Source of the DNA: Strigamia acuminata
Lineage: Eukaryota
DNA: 64,000 nt
NCBI GenBank assembly: GCA_949358305.1
Contig: OX442314.1
Location: forward strand, 9,362,001 to 9,426,000
Reading direction: 5' to 3'
Within the stretch, counting starts at the first letter, position 1, and every line of letters starts with the position of its first letter. Shown here piece after piece: positions 24,231-36,538 of this stretch. The position numbers and the translations under genes are program-made. Below the pieces are notes generated by a model. That model was not told the DNA's origin and searched no databases. It saw nothing but the letters and a program-made list of their open reading frames with translations.

Positions 24231-24361
24231 TAAAATTATTCTCGTTTAAAAATGGCCGAAAAGCGAATTTTCCAGCATCATGCAGGCTGTAACCTGGTCA
24301 AAAAGTACAGCCTGCATGATGCCTAATGTTAATTTTTTTAAAATTTAATTATAAAAATTAT
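24231..24361. repeat. Right arm of the ~130-bp inverted repeat flanking H2B
   Basis: Reverse complement of 23396-23526. Confidence 0.9.
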
Positions 24362-24387
24362 CTTTTTTAATTTTATTCAAAGATAAA

Positions 24388-24845
24388 AGGGGCCCGAACC
24401 CTCCACTTAGGCCCAACCAATGGGGCCCAAAATTATACTACTTCCCCAAGGTTCAGGAAACCCAAAATTGACACACAAAGGGGCCCCAAAATTGACTTTT
24501 TTATTAGGTCCAGTCAAAGGGGCCCTAACATTGACTGTTCTTCCTAGGTCCAGTCACAGGGGCCCCAAAATAAATTTTTTTTCATGCTCATGGGCCCCAA
24601 AATTGACAGTAAATTCCCTGGTGCAGACAAACGGGCCCCAAAAATGACGTTTTCCACAGGTCAAAAGTTTCTCTCCCTAGACCCAATGAAAGAGTCCTCA
24701 AATTCTCTCTCTTTTAAGCCCCATGGGGCCCACAATCAACTCATTATTGCCCAGGCCCCAAGAGACCCGAAATTACATATAAATTACAAACATCAATTCG
24801 TGTGATTTATGGTTTTTCAAGTGGCTGGGGGCCCCCATTGGCCGG
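24388..24845. repeat. Degenerate GGGGCCCC(AAAATTGAC) repeat array, probably a DNA-transposon remnant
   Basis: About 10 GGGCCC-containing motifs at 30-60 bp spacing; ends not defined. Confidence 0.5.
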
Positions 24846-25749
24846 GTCACAGGTGACAACAATAAATGCTCCCCTTTAACGTGTCAATATTTAATCCAAA
24901 CTTGTGAACGAAGCAAAATGTGACAATGGATTTCCAAGTGACCACTCGGCATGTCCACCTCTCGCGCCCTTCATTCCTGGTCGCCATGGCGACGCGATTT
25001 TTCATTCAATTTATGAAAATCCATTGACCATTTGCATTGAATATTGCCAACATTCCTAATTTGCTTGCTGGCCACATCAAAGGAGTAAAGTGAATGAGTT
25101 CGGTGAGGCAGGGGGTCGACCAACAGTGTGAGATGACCGCTGGTCATGTGTCGCATTACTCAAATTGCATTATAGACGGGAATTAGCGAGTGTGCGCAAT
25201 ATTGCATTATGGGAATGCAAGACTTAAACTTTGCAGTGCAAGTGCAATCAAATTAATCATTAAAAGTTGAGCGTCGGGGCCGCGTTGAATTTTTCATTTA
25301 TTTTTAATTTTTGGATTTTTTTAATTTTTTTGTTTTGGTTTTGATGGTCGTGGTGTGATGAGTCATCAAGCGAGATGCATACGCAATTAGGCTGGGGGTC
25401 AAGGCCTCGAAGATGGGGATGGACAGACCCCCCCTGGTGATGGACCGGAGTCCAATTAGTTGCAGCATCCCTGGGAGAATCAAAGAGAGGATTAGGAAAG
25501 ATGGAGTCATCAGATTGGGATTGGGATTGGTGAATTAAATCGAAATTTTGATTTGGTTTTGTTTGGGGTTTTTTTTTTTTTTTTTAGTGGATAAAAATTA
25601 TATAAATTTGAAATAGATTTTTTTCCGCCATTTTGGATTTTTAAATTTTTTTTTTTAGATGTGTTTTCTGTTTTTCACCTTTTTCACAATTAGTTTGTAC
25701 GCCATTTTGGATTTGATTGCCGACATTTTTTTTTTTCAAAATTACTGTT

Positions 25750-26180
25750 TCCACCATTTTACATCCTAAAAACAGCTTTTACACCATTTTACATCCTAAA
25801 AACAGCTTTTACACCATTTTACATCCTAAAAACAGCTTTTACACCATTTTACATCCTAAAAACAGCTTTTACACCATTTTACATCCTAAAAACAGCTTTT
25901 TCCACCATTTTCCATCAGCCTTTACACAATTTTACATCCTCAAAACAGCTTTTTCCACCATTTTACATCCTAAAAATAGCTTTTTCCACTATTTTACATC
26001 CTAAAAATAGCTTTTTCCACTATTTTCCATCCTAAAAACAGCTTTTTCCACCATTTTACATCCTAAAAACAGCTTTTTCCACTATTTTCCATCCTAAAAC
26101 CAGCTTTTTCCACCATTTTCCATCCTAAAAACAGCTTTTTCCACCATTTTAAATCAACTTTTGCACCATTTACATCCTAA
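25750..26180. repeat. 30-31-bp minisatellite CCATTTTACATCCTAAAAACAGCTTTTACA
   Basis: Tandem copies. Confidence 0.9.
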
Positions 26181-26889
26181 AAGCACCTTTTCCGCCATTT
26201 TAGATTTTCAAAATTACTTTTTTCGCCATTTTATATTTTTCTAAATTAGATTTTCCACCATTTCCAACTTTTCTCGCCATTTTATACAATTTTTAAAAAT
26301 TAATTTTCTCAAGCAAACGGACCCACCAAGCTTTTGTTTACCATTTTTAACGGCGAAATAACTCACCAATGACACTTGCATTTTATAGAAGTCATTTAGT
26401 TGATGCAGTTATTTTAGCCCATTAATCTTAATAGAAATTTTTGAGTGGACATTAAAAAAAAAAGTCATGTCCCTGCGAGGACAGCGATTGATGTTGTATC
26501 AGTTGAGACTTGATTTGGAGAATAAATGGCACGCGATTTTACTTCAAACTAGCAAACCATTTGTATTTATTTCAATTGGTGTCTTATTTTCATCGGAATG
26601 GCAGTTTAATGCACGACCCGAGACCAGACGCCATGTTACACACGTGTGATTTATGGCGCGTCAAAACGACTCACTTGTCACAAAGTGGCAGCACCAACGA
26701 ACAAATTGAACAATGAAAAAAATTAATATTATAAATTAAAAAAAAAAATTTTTTTAAACACCATCCCTATATGCTTCAACAATACACTGAAATTATGTTG
26801 CAAATATAATAAATTTGCAAAGATGTAGTTTGGATGTTCTTGGAAATACGAAAAAAAAACATATTAAACGACTAAATATCCATCAATTG

Positions 26890-27405
26890 ATGTCTGAAAT
26901 GAAGAAAAATAGTTAAAAATATGTCTGAAATAATAAAAAATAGACAAGAAAATGTCTAAAATGATGAAAAATAGACAAGAAAATGTCTATAATGATGAAA
27001 AATAGACAAGAAAATGTCTAAAATGATGAAAAATAAACATGAAAATGTCTGAAATGATGAAAAATAGACAAGAAAATGTCTAAAATGGTGAAAAATAGAC
27101 AAGAAAATGTCTAAAATGATGAAAAATAGACAAGAAAATGTCTAAAATGATGAAAAATAGACAAGAAAATGTCTAAAATGATGAAAAATAGACAAGAAAA
27201 TGTCTAAAATGATGAAAAATAGACAAGAAAATGTCTAAAATGATGAAAAATAGACCAGAAAATGTCTGAATGATGAAAAATAAACAAGAAAATGTCTAAA
27301 ATAATGTAAAATAGACAAGAAAATGTCTAAAATGATGAAAAATGGACAAGAAAATGTCTAAAATGATGAAAAATAGACAAGAAAATGTCTAAAATGATGA
27401 AATAT
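26890..27405. repeat. 30-31-bp minisatellite AAATGTCTAAAATGATGAAAAATAGACAAGA
   Basis: Tandem copies; the unit contains the inverted pair TGTCTA/TAGACA. Confidence 0.9.
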
Positions 27406-27646
27406 GTCATGTCTAGACCGACCATGTTCGTCATTACAACGCTATGATTCGTAAAGTCGCAATGATATAGTGATATTTCTGTTATTTTGGCCGGAACCGC
27501 AGGTACCGCTTATTTTTTCAGATTTTTTTAGATTTCCCGGTTCCGTAATTTTCCATCCGGTTTCCCTGGACCGAAACCCTAGATAATATTTATTTGTCAA
27601 ATTGTCAAATATGAATGCAATTTCAATCACTTTCTTTTTAATTTTT

Positions 27647-27688
<42 letters not shown>

Positions 27689-29172
27689 AATATGCAAATC
27701 CACCATTTTGTTTTCTGACTTTCCCTTTGATCTTTTTGTTTCAATTAAAAAAACCCATCAAATTAACTGCAAACTTTGCTCATTTCAAACCTGATTCAAT
27801 TAAATAGAGAGAGAAAGAGAGACATTCACTATATTCACTATACACACAATTAAAAAATTCCACCATTTTTTCCCCTCATCTCTATTAACTCGTTTCTTTC
27901 TTTTTTATTACCCTCTTTAAGCCTAATTTCACTGCTTTTAATAGAGTACAGAAGACAAAATGACACCCAAATCAAATTGCTACCAAATTTGAATATTCAT
28001 GAGACAAAAAACACACAAAAACAAAATTACACACAAAATGGAGAATCAAATTCAAATATTTTCCAAAAAAAAAAAAAAAAAAAAATCTTTTGCAAAACAT
28101 TTTTTTTTTCAGAAAAAAAAAAAAAAATGGCGGAACAAATGACTTTTACTCGTGTTTCCAACCCACTGACTCTCTAAACCACTTTGGTCCATTTTTCAAA
28201 CAAAACAAAGTCGAAAAATTTAAAAATCAAATCTGCTGTTTAGGCCAGCCAGACTCGGAGCATACATAGGGGACATTGATGGATCCCCATTTTCAAATCA
28301 TTTCCGCCATTTTGAATGCACAAAACAGCATTTTGATGCATTTTCTAAACTCTCTCCCATTTTTCCCCCTTTCAAATTCAATACAAACGAGACATTTCCA
28401 TTCAATTTGAATGGATTTGTCCCAAGAGTGCTGCAGCAAAGCAAACCAAATGACTAACCAAATAATTGCAAGTCAAGGATGAAACGTCGACTACATCGCG
28501 TCCAATTGGCAGTCAACTGAAACCAAACCCCAAGCGCCACTTGATTAGGGCACCCACGTGACCACGTCCAGCGCTGAACACCTGTCTCTCTCGCTATCAT
28601 GATTCAGAGCTTGTCAATAAGGGATCTATCTGCATTCATGCACCAAAGGGGTCAGAATTAATCTAGCCGTGCTCGTTATTGTCACTGTATTCGCTCCATT
28701 GTATTGGCAAATTTCAGGGCGTTTATTGTGATTCAGAGGTTCTGTTTGGGTGATTTTTGGTGTTTTTTATAAAAGGCAAAAACGGAAATATATTTTTTAA
28801 AAATCCGTTTGAAATCCTGTAATTTTCAAATCCATGGTAAATCCCTGAATTTTTTTTAGTAAATCTTTGAAATCTTAAAAATCTCTGAAATCCAAGAAAA
28901 TCTTACAAAATCTATTGTTAATTCTCCAAAATCCTATAAAATACATAAAATCCTTCAAATTGACTTGTAAATCGTGGCAAAATCTTTACAGAAATCTTGA
29001 CAAATCTGGCTGAAATCTTAAAATCTTCAAAATCTTGTGCTTTTTTTTTATCGGCTTTCAATGAGGATTTTACGACTGTTTTCACATTAGATGCGTTAAA
29101 TGTTAAATGGATTTCCGAAATCCTGATTTCCTTGATTTTCAGATATCAAGTATAAATCGGATCTATAAAAAC

Positions 29173-30000
29173 GGGCAGCGTCCAAATTTGCGATGACCGG
29201 ATTTGCGATGGAAAAAATTGCGATCCCAAATCTGCAATGACCGTAATTGCGACCTTCCAAATTTGCGACGCACATTAATATTAAATCGCTCCCAACAATG
29301 CGACCTCCCAAATTTGCAATTTATAAAAAATGGTTCCACGACACCACCGCCAATTTGTAACCGAAACGAAAAATGACTAAAAACGATCAGAATTGAAAGA
29401 AAACCACCCAAAACGACCAAAAAACAATCAAAAATGACCGAAAACGACAAAAAATGACCAAAAACGACCTACAATGACCGAAAACGTGCCAAAACGACCT
29501 AAAACGTGCCAAAAGCAACCAAAAAAGACCAACAACGACCGAAAATGACCGAAAACGACCAAAAATGACAAAAAACGACTTAAAATAACCGAAAACGTGC
29601 CAAAACAACCTAAAACGTGCCAAAAGCGACCAAAAATAACCAAAAACGTGGCAAAACGACCTAAAACGTGCCAAAAGCGACCAATAATGACCAATAATGA
29701 CCAAAAACGTGCCAAAAACGATCTAAATCGACCGAAAACGTGCCAAAAACGACCTAAATCGACCGAAAACGTGCCAAAAACGACCTAAAATGACCGTAAA
29801 TGTACAGAATACAACAGAAAATAAACGAAAATTTGCAACGAGGGCGACGACAAAAACTTTATGAAACGATTATGGGTGCAACAGTGGCAAAGGCGAATCA
29901 AACAAACGAAACATTTTTAAACCGTCGCAATTTAAAAACGTCGCAATTTTTGAAGCAATTTTAGCGATTGCAAATTTGCCCACCGCAAATGTGCTCCTAC
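29173..30000. mobile_element. Probable Foldback/Mutator-like remnant with inverted TTGCGA arrays around a satellite
   Basis: ATTTGCGA/AATTGCGA repeats at 29185-29270 and opposite-orientation TCGCAAT/CGCAAAT repeats at 29925-29990. A CAAAAACGAC/AAAACGTGC satellite lies between them (29380-29790). No TSD found. Confidence 0.45.
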
Positions 30001-30883
30001 ACACACAAACACTAAAACCTTGAACGCATTGACAAAAATGCATATTTTAATATATTCATTTATCTTAAAAAAAAAAAAAAAAAAAAGCATAAAACCCAAT
30101 TTAAATGCCGCATGCATGTTTCCCTCAATAGAAACAGCATCAAGCACCGACCAAAAACCTGCAATTAATTTTTTGCTCATTCCAATCTCAATTTCCCAAA
30201 ATCTTCCCATCCCTGCCCCAATTATTTCCTTTATCAAATTCCGTCTCAACCCTTTGACTCCCAACACTACAGAGCATGGTGGACCTCTCCAATACTCTTG
30301 AATAATCGTCTTGTTTACAACAAAATTGCCAACTCACCATCAACTTTTCAACTCCGCTGAACCCCATTAAGAAACTCATCAACGCTCCATACAAAATTGA
30401 CTTTTAATTGCGCACAAATGAGCAACTCGCCACCATTTTCAACACACACCCACAACTCCGCTCGCTGCAGCCGGAAGTCTCCCTACAGCGCTTCCTGTTG
30501 ACCGGCAAACGACACTCGATGACCATCAAAGGGTGGACAACAAAGACGCTTCAATTTATGCAAGGATGTCGCACATTTTCTATTTTACGGCGGGGGGGGG
30601 GGCGTTATTCCAAACCGGCCAATGGTCAGAGAGGTTCCACGAGCGAAATGGGGGTAAATGGAGGGGGGATTAAAGTGTTGTGCATGTTTTTTATACCTAC
30701 CCCCGCCTCGCCAGGTCAATAAAAATAAATATTGTGGCGCGACCTCGTTATAACGAATTTTTGTTTAGCGTCGTTTTGATTGGGATTTCGTTGTAGCGAG
30801 GTCGGATGTTACACTCGTTTACAATGTCCGAGCAATCAAAATGCGAAGAATGAGTCCGGGAGCGGGGCTGAGATGTAATCCTT

Positions 30884-31030
30884 TCACTTCCGGTTAGAGA
30901 TCACTTCCGGTCGCGAGTGCGGACGACTGAGCGGTGCGAAATTTCAATATGCGCGTTTTATTCGCTAAACCAAAACGACCCCCGCGGTGGAGTAATGGCG
31001 CATGCGCATTGATGAAACCATTATGACGTC
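30884..31030. promoter_or_regulatory. CpG-rich promoter-like motif cluster (2x ETS, NRF1-like, CRE-like)
   Basis: TCACTTCCGGT at 30884 and 30901, GCGCATGCGC at 30998-31007 and TGACGTC at 31024. Confidence 0.55.
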
Positions 31031-31719
31031 GCGTTTTGTGTACACACTCAGATTTCTGTCTTGCTTGATTTACGAGCGACCTCCCACGCAGTCGAGAATG
31101 CGAGATGACCCGACATTCCGCTAAAGATTTGTTTGTTTGCGACGTCGGAGTGCGTCGTCGTGCAAAGTCAAGTTTACGCGCATAAAAGAGAGAACAATTG
31201 CGCTAAAAGTCGGCGAAAGAAAGTAATTATTGTCCTTTTATTTTTTATTTATTTTCGTTTTTTAGTTTTATGAGGGTTTGGTTGATTAAGTGTGATTTTC
31301 AGGATATTTATTGATGTCGGTTGTTTAGGTGGTCATCTGAAGATGGATCAAATCGAATGCTTTGAACAAAAGCGCGTAATTGTAAGTGTTTCAAAGACAG
31401 TTACATTGATGTATGAAGGAAAAGTGAATAAAATGGGAGTCTAAATGATGAAAAGTGAATAAAATGGGATTCAAAATGATGAAAAGTGAATAAAATGAGT
31501 TGGCCTTCATTTTAAAAGATGAAAAGTGAATAAACAAGAGGAAAAACGACCATAAAGAGCTTACAAATGACCTGAAATGGCATAAAAATGTCCATAGACA
31601 AAATAAAAATGTCCATAAGACCATAAGCAGGATCAAAATGCCAATAAGCAGGATCAAAATTACCAAAACATCATAAATGACCATAAACCATAAAAAATAT
31701 CAAGAACAGAATAAAAGTG

Positions 31720-32250
31720 ACTAAAAATAAAATGAAAATAACCAAAAACAGAATAAGAATGACTAAAAACCGAACAAAAACAACTGAAAATAGAATAAAA
31801 AGACTAAAAACAGAGTAAAAACGACTACAAACAGAATACTAACGACTAAAAACAGAATAAAAAGACTAAAAACAGAATAAAAACGACTAAAAACGACTAA
31901 AAAGAGAATAAAAAGACTAAAACAGAATAAAAACGATTAAAAAAGACTAAAAACGACTAAAAACAGAAAGATTACCAAAAACAGAATTAAAACGACTTAA
32001 AACAGAAAGATCACCAAAAACAGAATTAAAACGACTTAAAAAAGAAAGATCACCAAAAACAAAATAAAAACGACTTAAAAAAGAAAGATAACCAAAAACT
32101 CACTAAAAACAACCAAAAACAGAATAAAAACGACTTAAAAAAGAAAGATCACCAAAAACTCACTAAAAACAACCAAAATCAAAATAAAATCGACTTAAAA
32201 CAAAAAAGATCAACAAAAACTCACTAAAAACAACCAAAAACCACCAAACA
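31720..32250. repeat. A-rich minisatellite (AAAACGACTAAAAACAGAAT and derivatives)
   Basis: Tandem degenerate copies. Confidence 0.8.
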
Positions 32251-35200
32251 TCATTATAAAAAAAAAAAAAAAACCCAAAAACAATCAAAAGTACACGCGT
32301 ACACGCATTCTGCACGTTTCGTCCCACCACTCTTCACCCAAACCCCCAGCTGCAACCTGAAGTTCACCCACAACCCAAACTCGCAAACCCACTCGACGAA
32401 TGTTCATTTCGCCTTTCCAAGCAACCACTTGTGTTTCCATCCAGGTGAGTGCCCGCATTCGCGAGGTCGGTTACGGTTACGGCGCTCGGATTTACGGCGT
32501 CTCCTCTCTTTCTCAATCAGTCCGATTTTCCACTTAATTGCAGCGTCGTTTTGGTGGATCCTCGTGTCGCTGGCAGGTGGCGCTTTCGCTCAGTCGAGTG
32601 CTAATGAAGGAAATTACCCGCTCTGAATATTTTCTTCCATTTCTCCGCTCGCTCGAGCGAACGACGCTTCACCTGCATTTGTCATGCGACTGAGCACGGG
32701 GATTTGTTCTCCCATTAATCCCCCCCCAACCCCCTCTGTGTTCGCCTTCGTGTACTTCTTCAATTCCCGACGACTAAGATGATGAGCGCGCGTCCCTCGA
32801 GGAATTACGGATTTGTTCGCGGGGATTAAGATTTGATCTCGATTAATAATAAAACGAGCAGAGAGATTTCACCGGCGAATGACGTAATCACTTACTTCCG
32901 GTGTTCGGACGAATGATTTTTTAAATGTCGAGGATTATTGGTATTTCTTTTGGCTTGTTAAGAGCTTTGCAAATGCAAATGGCGTCTTATTCCAATTTAA
33001 TTTCCACTCACTCGCACTCGATTGGGTGTGGAAGACATTTTTTTTAATGACACACCTTGGGAGTCGTTTTTGCATAATTTCCTTCTTCGTGGGTCGTTTC
33101 GCGCTAATTCGGAACATTTTTCATTTTTTTTTCTTTCTTTTTGAATGGTAAAAAATAAAAAATGCAGTAAAAGTTGACAACAACTTGAAGTCCGCGCCGT
33201 AAGTATAGAATAATCAGTTTTTTTGAAATATTTCTTTTTGCGCTTCATCTGGAATCAAACCAATTTTTTAATAAATGTATTTTGTCATTAGAATTCATTT
33301 AAAATTAAAAGCTTTATAATTTTTTTAGAAAAATAAATTAGGCACTGATTTTACATAAAAATGGGGTTGACGTAAGTATAGAATATTTTAGGTTTGATGC
33401 AAAAAAATGGATAAAATTAACATCGCGTAACCTGCCTTTGTCTGATTAGTCAATCAGTGATTACGTCATCAATTTTCTGCCATTTTTGAGTTGTATTACT
33501 TGCTATTTTCTTATTTTGAAGCAATCCCTTGTACAAAACTTGCAACCACTGTGGAAATCGCTGAAATATAGCGATTAAAGGCACTAGGGGCTCTCCAAAC
33601 AACAAATTGATAGAAGATTAGGAAGAAATTGGAAGAAATTAATCAATTGCATCAAAAATTCTAACAAAAACATGAAAACCAAATGTCCATAAACATCAAA
33701 ACACAACAATCAAACTTCCGCAAAGTCCCCAACAACAAAAAATAATAAATAACAAAAACAAAAAAAAAAACACAATAAAAAAAATCCCAAAATGCACTCC
33801 AAAATTTCTCTCCAGTTATTAACAACCCAATTTGTTATCCCCAAACGACTCTCAACTTCATTTGTCCAAATTTTTCTTTCTCCAATCCCATGTCCCCCTT
33901 GTTCCACTTTCTCCGCAAACATCGCCCTCTTCCTGCCAACCGAGGACTTTTCGTCCAAAGAAACGCAACCCATCGAGTCATTTATGTCCCTCTACAACCG
34001 GAAGTGCATCATAATCTCATAGCTCGCCTTCTGCCAAAATGAAAGCGATTTCCTGTCACTCGCTCGACCTCGCCGCCATGATTAATGGCCGCCGCGCGCA
34101 CTCAACTCGCCTCTAACCTGTGTTTACTCTGCAAAATCAATGCGCTTTTTCTGTCACGTGTCCATTAACTCGTCCACGGACTGTCTGTCAATATTGCGAC
34201 ACTTTTCCCGGCCCGGGGGGACTTGTTCTCGGTCGGCAGCGACGATTGTTTGACTTGTTTCCATGGAAACGTGTGTCTAATTGAGTTAAAAGGAGCGAGT
34301 TCGAGGGGGAAGTTTTTCCTATCCCCGGTAGAGGTCCGCGGTAATTGGACGCTGCCCCGCCATTGTGTCGCAGCGCAGAAATGCGACACCGGGAATTTTT
34401 TACCTGGGGAATATACGTTACGTAGGATTTTGATTAAATGGAAAGAAAAAAAAATGCGGGAAGTGACTTTTGTTCGCTTTCGAGGACTTTTCGGAGACGG
34501 TGAAATTAATATTTCTGCAAAAGAAAAGCCGGAGATGGTGGAAAATGCGTGCTTTGTGTTTCAAGAGGTTTTGCGAGCAGTATTTGATACAGGAACATGT
34601 AATTTGATGTTCTAGTGGAGAAAGAGGATGTTGACAATAGATGTGTTGCATCTACAGTATGTGGATGCAACTTCGGTCCGTCGATCGGCTTACGGATACA
34701 AAAAGGGTCGTGGAACGCTTTAATTTTGATCTTGGGTCCGTTTCGTTGCTTCATTTAGACTAATTCGATGGTGCTCTACAACTTTGTAATTGGAAATTTT
34801 GTCGTATCTCTAGTGGTTTCGAAGTTTCCGGATGAATGACCTTGAAGGTGGCCTCGAAGGTCAAATCGGAGTTCGGCGTTGAGTTGCCCCCACCCAACTT
34901 CCTATTTACTTCAATCAACAGATTTGAGCTAACTCTTTTCGTTTGAATGATATTGCATCCTGTTGTGCGATATCATTTCGTTTAACGGCTTTTAGGTTTA
35001 AGGACAACCCTGGGTTTATTATGTACAGATCACAGAGTGACAAGACAATTTCAAACAAAATGGCTGCCAATCTAAACTTAACAATTAACTGTTGAAAGAA
35101 ATGTTTTTCACTGATTTTATTATGCCACCTAGTGCAGAAAAGTGGCATAATGATGCACGGCGCTCCCATTAATGGTGTTTTATGTTATAAATATTAAGTT

Positions 35201-35824
35201 ATGTTATTAATAATTGAAAAACTATTGGTATTTACTCATTTTTGTCTTCAGTTTTCTCTCCATCCACGTCTAGGCCAAGATATTGAGTTACTTTTACAAA
35301 AGATGCTTGTCGACACAGGGCTGTGCTGTCGCGAAGGGTGAAAAGTGAGCCCCACTTCCGGTTGTAGAGAGACAGCAAATCGAGCAATAACAAAACACTT
35401 TTGTGATTTATTCGTGATTTTTTTACGTGTATTATTCACTCGCAGCTCATTTACAAGCATCAGAAACACATCACGCATGCGCAGTTAAATTATAAATGTA
35501 TTATAACATATATTTATGTTTTTACAACACTACAGCCGAAGTTTCATTGTGTGCAGTTTTCGATTTCTCTGCTTCAAGAGTTTCTAATGTGCGATATACA
35601 CAAACCAACACACGTGACTGATTGCTGCAAGCCCCTCCGCAGGAGGGAGGAAAGTTCGTGATAATAGAGTGGACTGATGTACCTAGGCATAATGCAAATT
35701 GACAAAGCAAACTCATTTTCCTAACTGCAGATATTATAAAACAGGTCAGGTCACAGTGATCATCGAGATAAATGGAAATTTCAAGAGTGGTTGGTTATTG
35801 CATTTCCTACTATCGAAATGGCCC

Positions 35825-36538
35825 GAAAATTCACTTTTTTGGACCGAAAATTCATTTTTCGGACCAAAAATTTTGGACCAAAAATTCATTTTTTAGACCG
35901 AAAATTCATTTTTTTTAACCAAAAATTCATTTTTTTTAAACCAAAAATTCATTTTTTTAAACCAAAAATTCATTTTTTTAAACCAAAAATTCATTTTTTA
36001 AACCAAAAATTTTTTGAATTTTTGAACCAAAAATTTTTTGAACCAAAAATTCGTTTTTGGAACCAAAAATTCATTTTTTGAACCAAAAATTCATTTATTG
36101 AACCAAAAATTCATTTTTTGAACCAAAAATTCATTTTTTGAACCCAAAATTCATTTTTTGAACCCAAAATTCATTTTTTGAACCCAAAATTCATTTTTTG
36201 AACCCAAAATTTATTTTTTGAACCAAAAATTCATTTTTTGAACCAAAAATTCATTTTTTGAACCAAAAATTCATTTTGTGAACCAAAAATTCATTTTGTG
36301 AACCAAAAATTCATTTTGTGAACCAAAAATTCATTTTGTGAACCAAAAATTCATTTTGTGAACCAAAAATTCATTTTTTAACCAAAAATTCATTTTTTGA
36401 ACCCAAAATTCATTTTTTGAACCCAAAATTCATTTTTTGAACCCAAAATTCATTTTTTGAACCCAAAATTCATTTTTTGAACCCAAAATTCATTTTTTGA
36501 ACCCAAAATTCATTTTTTGAACCAAAAATTCATTTTTG
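35825..36538. repeat. 20-bp minisatellite AACCAAAAATTCATTTTTTG
   Basis: More than 30 tandem copies, with variants in blocks. Confidence 0.95.

Noticed and set aside
34625..34910. Possible DNA-transposon fragment with GACCTTGAAGG...GAAGGTC motif
   Set aside because: No termini or second copy in the window, so it cannot be supported.
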